This document shows positions 1 through 9,919 of a stretch of 64,000 nucleotides of DNA, piece by piece (positions within the stretch are counted from its first letter, which is position 1; each line of letters starts with the position of its first letter). Location: contig OY762721.1 of the NCBI GenBank assembly GCA_963666345.1, positions 1,376,001 through 1,440,000 of the forward strand, written 5' to 3'. This stretch comes from Desulfatiglandales bacterium. Its GTDB lineage: Bacteria > Desulfobacterota > DSM-4660 > Desulfatiglandales > Desulfatiglandaceae. Made by a program: the position numbers and the translations under genes. The notes beneath the pieces are model-generated. The model saw only the letters and a program-made list of their open reading frames with translations, did not search any database and was not told the DNA's origin.

Positions 1-34
1 AGAGGAAAAGGCCAAGGAGTAAGCGGATATCCCT

Positions 35-1102
35 ATGCCCGAGCCCTGGCGACTGTTCATAGACCTTGAAAACAACCTCTCCACGGCGCAGGGGCTTGCC
101 GTCGACGACACCCTTCCAAGGTCCGTCGCGCAAAACGGCTCCCCTCCCGTTCTTCATCTCTACACCTTTGCGCCCTCCGCCATCGTGGGTAAATACCAGG
201 ACATGGACGCGGCCCTGAGACTCGACCGGTGCAAGGCGCGCGGGATCGAGTACAACAGGAGAAGCACGGGCGGCGGCACGGTCATCATGGGTCCTGAAGT
301 GGTCGCGCTCGGTCTCGGAATAAACGTTGACTATCCGGGACTGAAAAAAGGCGTGGGCGGGGTCTTTAAATCTCTATCCCTTGTGCTCAAGGGGGCGCTT
401 CAAAGACTCGGAATATCCTCCATTTTCCGGCCGAAAAACGACCTGGAGGTAAACGGAAAAAAGATCGCGGGCCTTTCCGCCTCCCATGAGACTGACAAGG
501 CGCTCCTATTTCATACCAGCCTGCTTGTGGATTTTGACATAGGGCTCATGACCGACATAATGAAGACCCCTCTTATAAAGGTGCGGGACAAGGGTTATAA
601 CTGCTTCAGTCAGAGGATGACCACGGTCAGGCAGGAGACGGGGAAAAAGATTTCACCCGCGCTGGTCATGGATGCCATAAGGGACGCCTTTGAAGAGGAA
701 TTCCGCATAAAATTCAGGGAAGACACGCCTGACGGCTGGGAAAAAGCCTCCATCAGGGAGCTGATTGATAACAGGTACACAAAAAAGGAGTGGATATTTT
801 CTCACAAACACCCCAGGTCGCGCATGGGCGTAGGACAGCTCAAGACAAGGGGGGGGCTTCTTGAGGTCTATCTGGCCCTTTCAGGCGCATCAATAGAAAG
901 CGTGGTCATAACGGGTGATTTCTTCTCCACCTCAAAGGATATAAACAGGCTTGAAAATGCCCTCAAATGGTCCTCTTCAAGGAGGCAGAGCATAGAGCAA
1001 AAGCTTTCTTCCGTGTGGAGGCAGGACATGATCTACGGCATGGACGTGGGTTCGCTCACAGACGCGATTATGCTGGCAAAGGAGAACCAGGTGAGATTGT
1101 AA
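35..1102 (+). CDS. lplA: Lipoate-protein ligase A family protein with fused C-terminal accessory domain
   Basis: RRSTGGGTV, RPKNDLEVNGKKIAG and FHTSLL motifs of the BPL/LplA fold; C-terminal ITGDFF typical of the LplA C/LplB domain. Confidence 0.88.
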   Translation: MPEPWRLFIDLENNLSTAQGLAVDDTLPRSVAQNGSPPVLHLYTFAPSAIVGKYQDMDAALRLDRCKARGIEYNRRSTGGGTVIMGPEVVALGLGINVDYPGLKKGVGGVFKSLSLVLKGALQRLGISSIFRPKNDLEVNGKKIAGLSASHETDKALLFHTSLLVDFDIGLMTDIMKTPLIKVRDKGYNCFSQRMTTVRQETGKKISPALVMDAIRDAFEEEFRIKFREDTPDGWEKASIRELIDNRYTKKEWIFSHKHPRSRMGVGQLKTRGGLLEVYLALSGASIESVVITGDFFSTSKDINRLENALKWSSSRRQSIEQKLSSVWRQDMIYGMDVGSLTDAIMLAKENQVRL

Positions 1103-1104
1103 AA

Positions 1105-1142
1105 AAAGCTGTCAGTCGTCAGCTGATCGCTGACAGCTTTTA
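1105..1142. terminator. Intergenic hairpin built from heptamer repeats
   Basis: aaaagctgtcag...ctgacagctttt inverted repeat directly after the lplA stop. Confidence 0.5.
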
Positions 1143-1201
1143 ATCACTTCCCCTGAATTGAGATACTTTCCCGGCCTTAACTATTATTAAAAAGGTTTTG
1201 C

Positions 1202-2242
1202 ATGTCTGAGAAACTTGAATCCCCTGACTATGTCAAAATGAGCACGGCCTCGGCCATCTCTCTCGGTCTTACAAGGGGAAGGATGCACAAAGGGGCCGTG
1301 AACCGCTGCGTCAACCTTCTGGTCCACTACCCTGAAGGATGTTCCGCCAACTGCGCCTACTGCGGTCTTGCAAAAAAAAGGCCCGGCACATACAGGGAAA
1401 AAAGCTTCATCCATGTCGACTGGCCCGTCTTTTCAATGGATGAGACGATTTCGGCCATAAACGACGCGCCCTCCTATGTGACAAGGACATGCATCTCCAT
1501 GATCACAAACGGCAAGTGCCGGGCCGCCACTCTCGATATGACGGGGAGACTCAGCTCCAAGACCCGTATCCCCATCTCCATCCTCATAAGCCCTACCATA
1601 CTCACAAAAAACGACCTCCTGGCCATGAAGGAGGCAGGGGCTGACAAGATAGGCCTTGCCATAGATCTTGCCACGCCTGAACTCTTTGACAGATACAGGG
1701 GAAGCGGGGTCTCCGGACCTCACAAATGGGAAAAGTACTGGGAGATAATGAAAGACGGCCTTGAGGTCTTCTCCCCCCGCAATGTTGGCGCGCACCTTAT
1801 GGTAGGAATGGGGGAAACCGAAAAGGAGATGGTCTCGCTCATGGACAGGTTCCGTAAAATGGGTGTGGAAAACCATCTGTTTTCCTTTTTTGCTGAGGAA
1901 GGCTCACGACTTGCCGAAAGGCCCCAGCCGCCCTGGTCAACGTATCTCAGGGTCCAGCTTGCTCGTTATATCATAGAGGAGGATATCAGCGGTTTTGAGC
2001 AGATGGACTTTGATGAGGCGGGAAGGATAAGCTCTTTCGGTATCGATCCGGGCAGGCTTAACGGCATAATCAACCTGGGCAAACCTTTCATGACAACCGG
2101 TTGTCTCGGCCCCGACGGGGAGGTGGCCTGTAACCGCCCCTTCGGAAACTGCCTTCCCGGTGTCAGGCAGTGGAACTACCCCTACCTGCCGGACGAGGAA
2201 GAACTTGCCCTCATAGGAGAACAGATTTTTAAGACTTCATGA
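1202..2242 (+). CDS. Radical SAM protein, probable LipS2-type lipoyl synthase subunit
   Basis: CSANCAYC (CX3CX2C); C-terminal TTGC...CNRP resembles the LipS2 TxGCxxC(N/D)RP motif; adjacent to a lipoate ligase. Confidence 0.72.
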   Translation: MSEKLESPDYVKMSTASAISLGLTRGRMHKGAVNRCVNLLVHYPEGCSANCAYCGLAKKRPGTYREKSFIHVDWPVFSMDETISAINDAPSYVTRTCISMITNGKCRAATLDMTGRLSSKTRIPISILISPTILTKNDLLAMKEAGADKIGLAIDLATPELFDRYRGSGVSGPHKWEKYWEIMKDGLEVFSPRNVGAHLMVGMGETEKEMVSLMDRFRKMGVENHLFSFFAEEGSRLAERPQPPWSTYLRVQLARYIIEEDISGFEQMDFDEAGRISSFGIDPGRLNGIINLGKPFMTTGCLGPDGEVACNRPFGNCLPGVRQWNYPYLPDEEELALIGEQIFKTS

Positions 2243-2342
2243 TTTTTCTGTCTCCGTGGCCTCTGTGTACTCTGCGAGAAAATAACGAAAAAATATTTTG
2301 ACATTGAAAAATGCCGATGATAGATATATCTTTTTGCTGACA

Positions 2343-2419
2343 GGGCCGTTAGCTCAGTCCGGTAGAGCAGCGGACTTTTAATCCGTTGGCCACAGGTTCG
2401 ATCCCTGTACGGCCCACCA
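2343..2419 (+). tRNA. tRNA-Lys (TTT)
   Basis: Cloverleaf GGGCCGT...ACGGCCC-A-CCA; anticodon arm GCGGA-CT TTT AA-TCCGT; GGTTCGATCC T-loop; TTGACA promoter element about 45 bp upstream. Confidence 0.97.
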
Positions 2420-2605
2420 ATAGTGAAAAACACATATCCTTCCTGTAAAAGTCCGCAGGAGGTGCTTTTTTGGCAAAGCATCAGGATATGGACCTCTATT
2501 GTCCGGCCGGTTTCAAGACAGCACCGGGATCAAAAGGGCATTTGAGTTTTAAAACACGAAAAGGACCATCTCTGGGTTTTATACCCGACGGTGACCATAA
2601 GCTCC

Positions 2606-2683
2606 GTCCCCATCGTCTAGCCAGGTCCAGGACACCGGCCTTTCACGCCGGCAACACCGGTTCGAATCCGGTTGGGGACGCCA
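2606..2683 (+). tRNA. tRNA-Glu (TTC)
   Basis: GTCCCCA...TGGGGAC-G-CCA; anticodon arm CCGGC-CT TTC AC-GCCGG; GGTTCGAATCC T-loop. Confidence 0.97.
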
Positions 2684-2692
2684 AGTAATTTC

Positions 2693-2729
2693 AAGGGGTT
2701 GCGAGATATTTTGCAACCCCTTTTATTTT
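2693..2729 (+). terminator. Intrinsic terminator after tRNA-Glu
   Basis: AAGGGGTTGC-loop-GCAACCCCTT followed by a T-rich tract. Confidence 0.8.
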
Positions 2730-2795
2730 GTTTAAAAAATTTCCAACCCTATTTCCAACCTTAATAGATACAATATAATGCCACAATAGCAGAAG

Positions 2796-3695
2796 TTATA
2801 TTAAAAAACCAGAACGATAATAATCAATTAAACCCTTTTCAAATGAATATTCGGAAACGAAACCGATTTTTTCTTTTGCGAGATTCATGTCGCATTCCGT
2901 ATAACTTTGATATGCTCCCTTAAAGGGATTATCTATGTATTCAGGTTCTCTACTCAGGCCAAGAATAGGGTTTAATAGTTCAACAATTTTGTTAAAGGAA
3001 ATTGCTTTACCTGACCCGCAATTTACGACACAACTCTCTTTTGCTTCCGATGCTAGCATATTGGCTTTTACGACATCCTTGACATAGATGTAGTCTCTTC
3101 TTTGATCTCCAAATTTGAAAAGTTTTGGATTCCCTTTTAGCATTTGTTGCGCAAACTGATACACCATTGTGGCTCTTGTTCCTTTATGATTTTCTCGTGG
3201 TCCAAATATATTACAATACCGAAGTCCAACAATAGTGACATCCGAATGTTCAGATGCAAGCTTCATAGAGTAGTCATCCAGCAGTTTTTTTGATTCCGCA
3301 TATGGAGTTTGTGGGTCAAGTTGGTCACTTTCGTGATATGGAGCAGGATTATTGCCATATACAGCTGTTGATGAAGCGTAAACAATTTTTTTGCATCCAT
3401 GCTCTATGACATATTTGAATAGTTCTATTGACGATTCGAGATTAGCTCTCATGATCTCTTTTTCATCCTTTACTCTTGTTCCATTAATTGCAGCTTGATG
3501 AAAAAGAACATCGATTTTTTCAATTGCTTCCCAATCAATCCCGAGAATCCCTGGGTATAAGCACTTTCCATTGAATTCAGGCATGACTTGTTCAGATTCA
3601 TGTCCTGTAATAATTATTTCGTTTCCTTGTTCTTGAAGTGTTAAAGCCAAATTGGAACCTACAAGTCCAGTCCCTCCTGTTACTAAACATCTCAT
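2796..3695 (-). CDS. NAD-dependent epimerase/dehydratase (HldD/RfaD-like extended SDR)
   Basis: LVTGGTGLVG Rossmann motif, YASSTAVYG, YxxSK, GLRYCNIFGPRENHKG; start taken at MRCLVTGG; AT-rich relative to flanking genes. Confidence 0.85.
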   Translation of the reverse strand: MRCLVTGGTGLVGSNLALTLQEQGNEIIITGHESEQVMPEFNGKCLYPGILGIDWEAIEKIDVLFHQAAINGTRVKDEKEIMRANLESSIELFKYVIEHGCKKIVYASSTAVYGNNPAPYHESDQLDPQTPYAESKKLLDDYSMKLASEHSDVTIVGLRYCNIFGPRENHKGTRATMVYQFAQQMLKGNPKLFKFGDQRRDYIYVKDVVKANMLASEAKESCVVNCGSGKAISFNKIVELLNPILGLSREPEYIDNPFKGAYQSYTECDMNLAKEKIGFVSEYSFEKGLIDYYRSGFLI

Positions 3696-3729
3696 AAGCT
3701 TTACCTGTTTATTTCCTAATATTGTGATT

Positions 3730-3930
3730 CTTGAATTCAAAAGATAAGTGCAACAGTTAACGTCATGCAGCTTGATTCATGACTGTCTGGGAAAATACCT
3801 CAATCGGAGTTTTATATCCAAGAGTTTTTCGCGGCCTATTATTAAGCCGACCCATAGCCATCTGAACATGCTGTTTCTGGATATTTTCGAAACTCATCCC
3901 TTTAGGGAAGTATTGACGAATCAAGCCAGC
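3730..3930 (-). mobile_element. IS30-family remnant (transposase C-terminus plus terminal inverted repeat)
   Basis: GLIRQYFPKG...LNNRPRKTLGYKTP is the IS30 C-terminal signature; TGTTGCACTTATCTTTTGAATTCAAG (minus strand, 3730-3755) resembles an IS30 end. Confidence 0.82.
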
Positions 3931-4325
3931 TAAGTGGGACCATAAGGGCACAGGTGTATCCTGGGATGCCATTCATTGGTTGCCCCGAGCACACTACGCC
4001 TCAGATAGCTTCCGGCTGAACCCTGAGAACCTGCCGGAGATTTTTTTAACCGCTAGACGCGCACACTACCAGTTCCATCAAAATCAATCGCGGATTTTGG
4101 GACCAGCTTTCTTCCTCTACTTTTTTAACCAAGTCCTCATATAATCAATGTGTTACCGGCAAAAAGTCCCACTTTTGCACATTTTTCTGTGCGTGAATGC
4201 ACATTTAATTGGGCAATTTTTGCCGTAATCGCATCTCTTTAATCCTTTCTATGTTTACAACTTATTGAATTTACTGAAATGTCTTCAAGTGGCACATTTC
4301 TTGAGTATTACCTCTTATAAAGGGG

Positions 4326-4538
4326 GTGATGAAAATGGCAGGGTTGTCTCGTGAGCAGCTGCTTTCGGCTCGCGAAAGGGCGATGGAGTATAACAGGGGC
4401 CTCGAGATGGGGCTTTGGGCGTTTAAGGAAAGTCGGAATCTCTGTCCCGAAGCGGTCAATTTCATAATCAAGGCGATAGAACAGGAGATAAATGATAATG
4501 AGATAAAGTTTACCTTTATGTCTTTAATGGCAAAATGA
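4326..4538 (+). CDS. Small hypothetical protein (70 aa)
   Basis: ORF with AAGGGG RBS; no recognised motif. Confidence 0.45.
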   Translation: MMKMAGLSREQLLSARERAMEYNRGLEMGLWAFKESRNLCPEAVNFIIKAIEQEINDNEIKFTFMSLMAK

Positions 4539-4965
4539 AAGAAAAGGTTGCTTATATTTTATATACCATATCCTGGATACAAGCTATCCTGTCGTTCTCT
4601 ATTTGGCCCTTTGGGAGTTTGTAACGAATAAATGGTGAAGCCAAAATAGAAACAATGCCACTATGATTAGTTTGTTTAATATTTACCATTTTCAAGATGA
4701 CAATTTGACAAAAATAGCAATTTCTATGATTATAACAAGTAATAACCTATGAATAATTTAATACACATAGGTTTAGAATGGCTTTATTATTTTCTTTGAT
4801 GGATTGTCCGGCTCCCCGGTTAATTCCTCTTTTAGGTGATTATTCCCTATCTTTACAAGTTTCTGATCGGGTATCTCCCTTATAATAAAGCAGTTAAATG
4901 ATGCGACCCTTTCCAGGTCGGCATGGCTTATATTCTTTACAGCCTCCACAAAGGAGAAAAAAGGC

Positions 4966-6630
4966 TTGAAAACTGCACTGAGTTTTGAATGGATCGAGCG
5001 ACATTACAATTCGATAAAGTCTTCAGCTATTTTGATGATTATACTTTCCATCCCAGCCGTTTACGGACTCGTCTATCTGACGGGTGGGGCAAATGCATAT
5101 TCACATTCCATGTATGCGCCGATCCTTTTTGCCGGTTTTGTTTTTGGGATAAAAGGAGGTGTTATAGTCGGAGTGATTGCGGGCGTTACGCTTGGTCCTT
5201 TCATGCCGATTGACACCGTAACAATGGAGCCTCAGCAGGCCGTAAACTGGATTTACCGAAGCGGATTTTTTGTTATCATCGGATTTTTGAGCGGTGCGGC
5301 AAGCGACAGTACCAGGCGGTATATGAAACACGTCAAATGGCTCACCCAGCACGATGCGGTTTCAGGGCTTTCAAACAGATCAGCCCTGATAGACAGTCTG
5401 AAAACGCTGAAGCATGGTAGGCACACCAAAGGAGCAGGGACGCTTGCCGTTATATCTATAGAAAACGTGCTCGAGCTGGAAACCGCCTTTGGTCCCGATG
5501 TCACAGGTGAGGCAGTCATGCAGCTGGCTACAGGCATTGGTGGGCTTCTGGGTGATAAAGCAGAGGTATACCGCATCAGCACCTATCATATTGCTGTCCT
5601 GTTTTTTGTTAAAGAGCAGGGGATAGAGAGTCTGCACACGTTACTTGAAGAAGAATTCCGGAGGCCCGTCTCATTTAAGGGCATACCATTACATGCTGAC
5701 ATTAGAGTCGGGTATGCCGACGTATCCAAACCCAGGCAGGAGCCAGGGCAATATCTGCGGGAGGCTGAAACCGCATTAAGGGCTGCTTCTGAAAGAACGC
5801 ACCCCTGGGTGGTCTTCGGCCCTGAACTCGATAGTACTTCTGCCAGAGAAAACCTGGAACTGCTCGGTGAGTTAATGGAAGCTGTGAACAGAAAGCAATT
5901 AGCCCTCCATTATCAACCCAAAGTCTCACTAAGCTCCGGAGCAGTACTTGGCGTGGAGGCACTCATGCGGTGGACACATCCAAAACTTGGTAATGTGCCT
6001 CCCGGAAAGTTCATACCTCGCGCTGAACAGAGCACCCTTATAGACATGTTAACCGAATGGGCCATTGATACCGCACTGGCCCAGCTGGTAGAGTGGAAGA
6101 AATCGGGTATTGTGCTTTCAGTAGCTGTAAACATCTCCACACGGAACTTATTGCAGCCCGATTTTGCCGTAAAGGTCCTGAAGCTGCTGGATCGCCATAA
6201 GGTTAAAGGTGCTTCACTTGAGCTTGAGGTCACGGAATGGGCATTGATGAAGGACCTAAGATATGCATCCGCCAATATGGCTCAATTGACCAATGCAGGT
6301 ATTTTTTTCTCTATCGATGATTTCGGCACGGGATACGCTTCACTTCAATACCTTAAGGATTTTCCCGCCTCTTCCATCAAGATCGACCAGGTATTTATAC
6401 GCAGGATCTGCGAAAGGAAACGCCCGGAGCTTATTGTTGCGTCTTCAGTTGACCTGGCCCACGGGCTTGAAATGGAAGCTGTCGCAGAAGGTGTCGAAGA
6501 CATTGCCTCATATAAGCTGCTTTGCGGTTTAGGATGCGATATCGCACAGGGCTATTTTATAAGCAGGCCTGCTCCGGCGCCGGAGTTTGCTGAATGGTAT
6601 AAGAAATCTGGTGGGATGTTTAAAGCATAA
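4966..6630 (+). CDS. Membrane-anchored degenerate-GGDEF/EAL c-di-GMP phosphodiesterase
   Basis: N-terminal TM helices; HDAVSGLSNR linker; GGDEF site degenerate (RISTYH); intact EAL, EVTE, DDFGTGY, KID, EGVE, QGY; AAGGAG RBS. Confidence 0.9.
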   Translation: MKTALSFEWIERHYNSIKSSAILMIILSIPAVYGLVYLTGGANAYSHSMYAPILFAGFVFGIKGGVIVGVIAGVTLGPFMPIDTVTMEPQQAVNWIYRSGFFVIIGFLSGAASDSTRRYMKHVKWLTQHDAVSGLSNRSALIDSLKTLKHGRHTKGAGTLAVISIENVLELETAFGPDVTGEAVMQLATGIGGLLGDKAEVYRISTYHIAVLFFVKEQGIESLHTLLEEEFRRPVSFKGIPLHADIRVGYADVSKPRQEPGQYLREAETALRAASERTHPWVVFGPELDSTSARENLELLGELMEAVNRKQLALHYQPKVSLSSGAVLGVEALMRWTHPKLGNVPPGKFIPRAEQSTLIDMLTEWAIDTALAQLVEWKKSGIVLSVAVNISTRNLLQPDFAVKVLKLLDRHKVKGASLELEVTEWALMKDLRYASANMAQLTNAGIFFSIDDFGTGYASLQYLKDFPASSIKIDQVFIRRICERKRPELIVASSVDLAHGLEMEAVAEGVEDIASYKLLCGLGCDIAQGYFISRPAPAPEFAEWYKKSGGMFKA

Positions 6631-6762
6631 GTCAACAGCTGATCCACAGCAACCTGATGAAATCTCAAAAAACGATTTGACTCTAAAATATTGGATGTTC
6701 CCCAAGTATTTTTAATCATCAGGATTTTTGATGTTAAACTTAAGCGCTTTTGAGTCTGCGGC

Positions 6763-6779
6763 ACACCCTGCTCCCAAAG
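6763..6779 (+). repeat. 17-bp direct repeat (copy 1), tRNA-Pro(TGG)-like att scar
   Basis: ACACCCTGCTCCCAAAG identical to 35717-35733; reverse complement resembles a tRNA-Pro anticodon arm. Confidence 0.6.
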
Positions 6780-6949
6780 ACGACTCTATGGCGAAATGGT
6801 TATATAACCTATTGATATTATTAATTATAATTTCTAAGACATGACGTATTTTACCGTGTCATAACGCCAAAACGTTGACAAATGTTAGACAAAACGACTT
6901 CGATACCTTCTTTGTATTTAATTTTCTTCATTTTACCTAACAGACTGTT

Positions 6950-7300
6950 TTGCTGATCATCACAAAGCAGTCAAAAGCCTTTTATCCGATCGTCCATTTC
7001 CCATCTACCATGACAATCAGATGGAAAGCCGGGCCTGCCATTTCCTACCCATACAATATCACCATGCAAAGCTACATGCCCAATGGCGTGAGGATTGTTC
7101 AAACAATTTTGCCCAATTGTTTCTTCCGCCTTACAGCCTGGAACTGAATCCGATCGAACGTGTTTGGAAACTGACCAGACGATTGGCAACCCATAACCGT
7201 TATTTTGAAAAATCGACCAAGTGGCTGAATCTGTAGAAACCCAGTTCAATTTATGGAATAAACCAAATAAAATATTGAAGCGTTTATGCACAATTATTTA
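6950..7300 (+). mobile_element. IS630-family transposase remnant (frameshifted)
   Basis: LFLPPYSLELNPIERVWK matches the IS630 LPxYSPELNPIExxW DDE signature; broken reading frames. Confidence 0.8.
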
Positions 7301-7378
7301 AGGCATTAATTCCCTATTATATGGGTCGAGCGTATTTTACGAACAAAATATTGTCAAGGAGATGCGTCTAAATTACCA

Positions 7379-9244
7379 TTATCCTGCAGGCTTGTCTGAA
7401 ACACCCACATCGTTGATACGTGCCAATCGGGCTGAATTGAGCACAACCAAGACGGAACTGATATGATGAAAAAGCGCGGCAAGCCATGGACTGAGCATAC
7501 CTGAGGTAGCCAGGGCGATACCTGCCGCATTGAAACCTATGGCCCAGGCGTAATTCTGTTTTATTACGTGAATCAATTTCCTGCCCGTTCGGATAATGGT
7601 CAACAGGCTTGAGGTATCGTCCCTGAGCACGATGATGTCGGATGATTTAATGGCCAGATCAGCCTTGGAGCGACCGATCGAAATCCCCACATCCGCTGAG
7701 GCCAACGAGGTTGCATCGTTGACCCCGTCGCCAACCATCACAGTAACTCCTTTAGATCTCAGCTCTTTCACGACGGAGATCTTGTCCTTCGGCCTCAAAC
7801 CCCAGTGGTACCCATCCGCTCCGATAAGCTCGGCCACGCGCCGCGCTTCGGCCTCCTCGTTATCTCCGGTCGCCAGCTCGACCCTTTTTACCCCTAAGCC
7901 ATGAAGCGACCGTCCAAGGCCTCGGGCATATTCTCTAAGCTCGTCCTGGATTACGATAGCCCCCACAACTTTGCCGTCAAGGCCGATCCATGTGGCCCGT
8001 CCGTTGAGCTCAATGTCCGCAGGCACGGTCATGCCCTGCGCCTTCACGGTTTCGGTCGATCCCAAAACCACCTCGCGTTCTCCCACAGAGGACTTTATTC
8101 CAAGGCCCGGAAGGTATTCGGAGCCCTCCGCCTTCAAAGGGCACACACCTTTGGCTGATGCGTAAGATACGATTGCGTTGGCAATGGGATGGTTGAATCC
8201 CGCTTCAACTGATGCGGCGATCTGAAGTAGTTCATCGCGAGTAGCCCCGAACGTCTCGATACCCACCACCTTAGGCTCGGCTAATGTGACCGTACCCGTC
8301 TTATCGAGCACAACATTAGATGCCCTGCCAGCCACCTCCAGGGGCGTCCCGCCGCGTACCAGGATGCCGCGACCGCTCAACCCCCCGATTGCCGCGGCAA
8401 AGGCCGTGGGTACTGACAACGCCCACGCGCACGGACATGCCACCGCAGTCACGGCGGCCATACGAATAAGGCCTGTGGCAAAATCGCCTTCAAGCCCACC
8501 GGCAAAGAGAAACACGCCGAATGCGTAAAGGACCACGCCGGAAATGAAAAGTTGAACAATTATGTCAGCTGTCCGGTGAATTTTAGGTTTCACTTTCAGG
8601 GATTTTTCAATTTCCTTGGCCATAACATAGAGGAATCCCTTGTCGCCCTCTTTGGAAGCCCGGATCTTCAACTGCGAGCTAATGCTGATGGCCCCCGATG
8701 TTACGGAATCGCCAACCCTTTTGAACACAGAGAAGGGTTCACCCGTTATCACAGATTCGTCAATGGAAGAAGCCCCTTCCACAATCTCCCCGTCCACAGG
8801 TATCATTTCGCCCTGGGGCACAATGGCTGTATCTCCAACGCAAATCTGCTCAATGGGTAGCTTCATGATTTTTCCGTTTCTTATAACCCGGACAACCGTA
8901 CCTTTCTCTTTTGTAAGGGCATCGATTTTCCGCTTGGTCCTTTCTATAATGGTAAAGGAAATGGCAAGGCCCATGCTGATAAACCACGCCACCAGCGCGC
9001 CACTCATCGGTTGCCCGGCCAGAAACGAAACCACCATGACCGTTACGACCAACAGATCAGCCGTAACCCTTTTTGTTTGGGTCAGCGCAATGAATAAGGT
9101 CCTCATGTACATAGCGAAACAGATAAAATAAAAAATCAGGCCAAGCCACATGGCCGGGTCAAAGGCCGACCATTTATGGATGGCTAGGCATATGACGGCG
9201 GTCAAAGCCACCGATGTTCGAATTATGAACGTTTTTGCAGACAT
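7379..9244 (-). CDS. Heavy-metal-translocating P1B-type ATPase (no N-terminal metal-binding domain)
   Basis: TGEP, CPC in TM helix, DKTGT phosphorylation site, HP, TGDN, GDGVND. Confidence 0.93.
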   Translation of the reverse strand: MSAKTFIIRTSVALTAVICLAIHKWSAFDPAMWLGLIFYFICFAMYMRTLFIALTQTKRVTADLLVVTVMVVSFLAGQPMSGALVAWFISMGLAISFTIIERTKRKIDALTKEKGTVVRVIRNGKIMKLPIEQICVGDTAIVPQGEMIPVDGEIVEGASSIDESVITGEPFSVFKRVGDSVTSGAISISSQLKIRASKEGDKGFLYVMAKEIEKSLKVKPKIHRTADIIVQLFISGVVLYAFGVFLFAGGLEGDFATGLIRMAAVTAVACPCAWALSVPTAFAAAIGGLSGRGILVRGGTPLEVAGRASNVVLDKTGTVTLAEPKVVGIETFGATRDELLQIAASVEAGFNHPIANAIVSYASAKGVCPLKAEGSEYLPGLGIKSSVGEREVVLGSTETVKAQGMTVPADIELNGRATWIGLDGKVVGAIVIQDELREYARGLGRSLHGLGVKRVELATGDNEEAEARRVAELIGADGYHWGLRPKDKISVVKELRSKGVTVMVGDGVNDATSLASADVGISIGRSKADLAIKSSDIIVLRDDTSSLLTIIRTGRKLIHVIKQNYAWAIGFNAAGIALATSGMLSPWLAALFHHISSVLVVLNSARLARINDVGVSDKPAG

Positions 9245-9728
9245 CTATCCACTCCGTTTCATCTCTTTTATTTCATCATAGAAAAACCGGCACCATGAGA
9301 CTGGTTTGAAGAAAAACGGCTCTGCCATGATGGATCGAGTAAGTGGCTGGAAATGCCGACTCGCTTAGCTCGGTCATCTCAAAAAATACCAAAATGCCTT
9401 TGTCACAGATATAGTGACCGCCGACCAACACGGCAACAAAAAAGGCGCAAGAGTCTTTGTTTTTCAACAAATCCCATTGCACCTTCACTTCTTTACGCAC
9501 CGTGAGTCAGCCGAAAGCCGTAAGGAACTAAACATAAAGCTAGTTTACTTTAATATTGTGGCCCATTTTTATACCAAAATCGATCTGGTGTCAAGACCCA
9601 TCCAGAAAAATCCATCAACAAGACATATGGTTTATCGCCTGAACAGCTCTGATCACTGCGCATAAGATATGATTCGTTTCTCAGCCAAAGCCGCATCTAC
9701 TTTTTTATTTTTTTTGTTGACATTATAA

Positions 9729-9896
9729 TTAAGAAGCTTTACTGTTTTATTGCATTAGTTAGCATCTCAAAACATCCTTAGTGATATCTAATTAATTCTA
9801 ATTGGCAATATAATATTAATGATAACAAGGTTACATTTCAGACTGGCAAGATAATTGAGGAATGCTTTTTCCTATAGCGTTAATTAAGTAGGTTAA
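9729..9896. promoter_or_regulatory. Putative MarR operator boxes upstream of the activase gene
   Basis: TTAAGAAGCTTTA (9729-9741, just after a TTGACA) and TTAAGTAGGTTAA (9884-9896) match TTAAG-N3-CTTAA also seen at 13932 and 14444. Confidence 0.6.
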
Positions 9897-9919
9897 CTTA
9901 TAATCAAAGGAGCTTTTTC

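Noticed and set aside
2488..2540. Degenerate third tRNA between tRNA-Lys and tRNA-Glu
   Set aside because: Only loose similarity to the tRNA-Glu 5' half; no T-arm or cloverleaf
4895..4930. c-di-GMP riboswitch upstream of the EAL gene
   Set aside because: Only a short hairpin (ATGCGACC...GGTCGGCAT); no GEMM-type consensus
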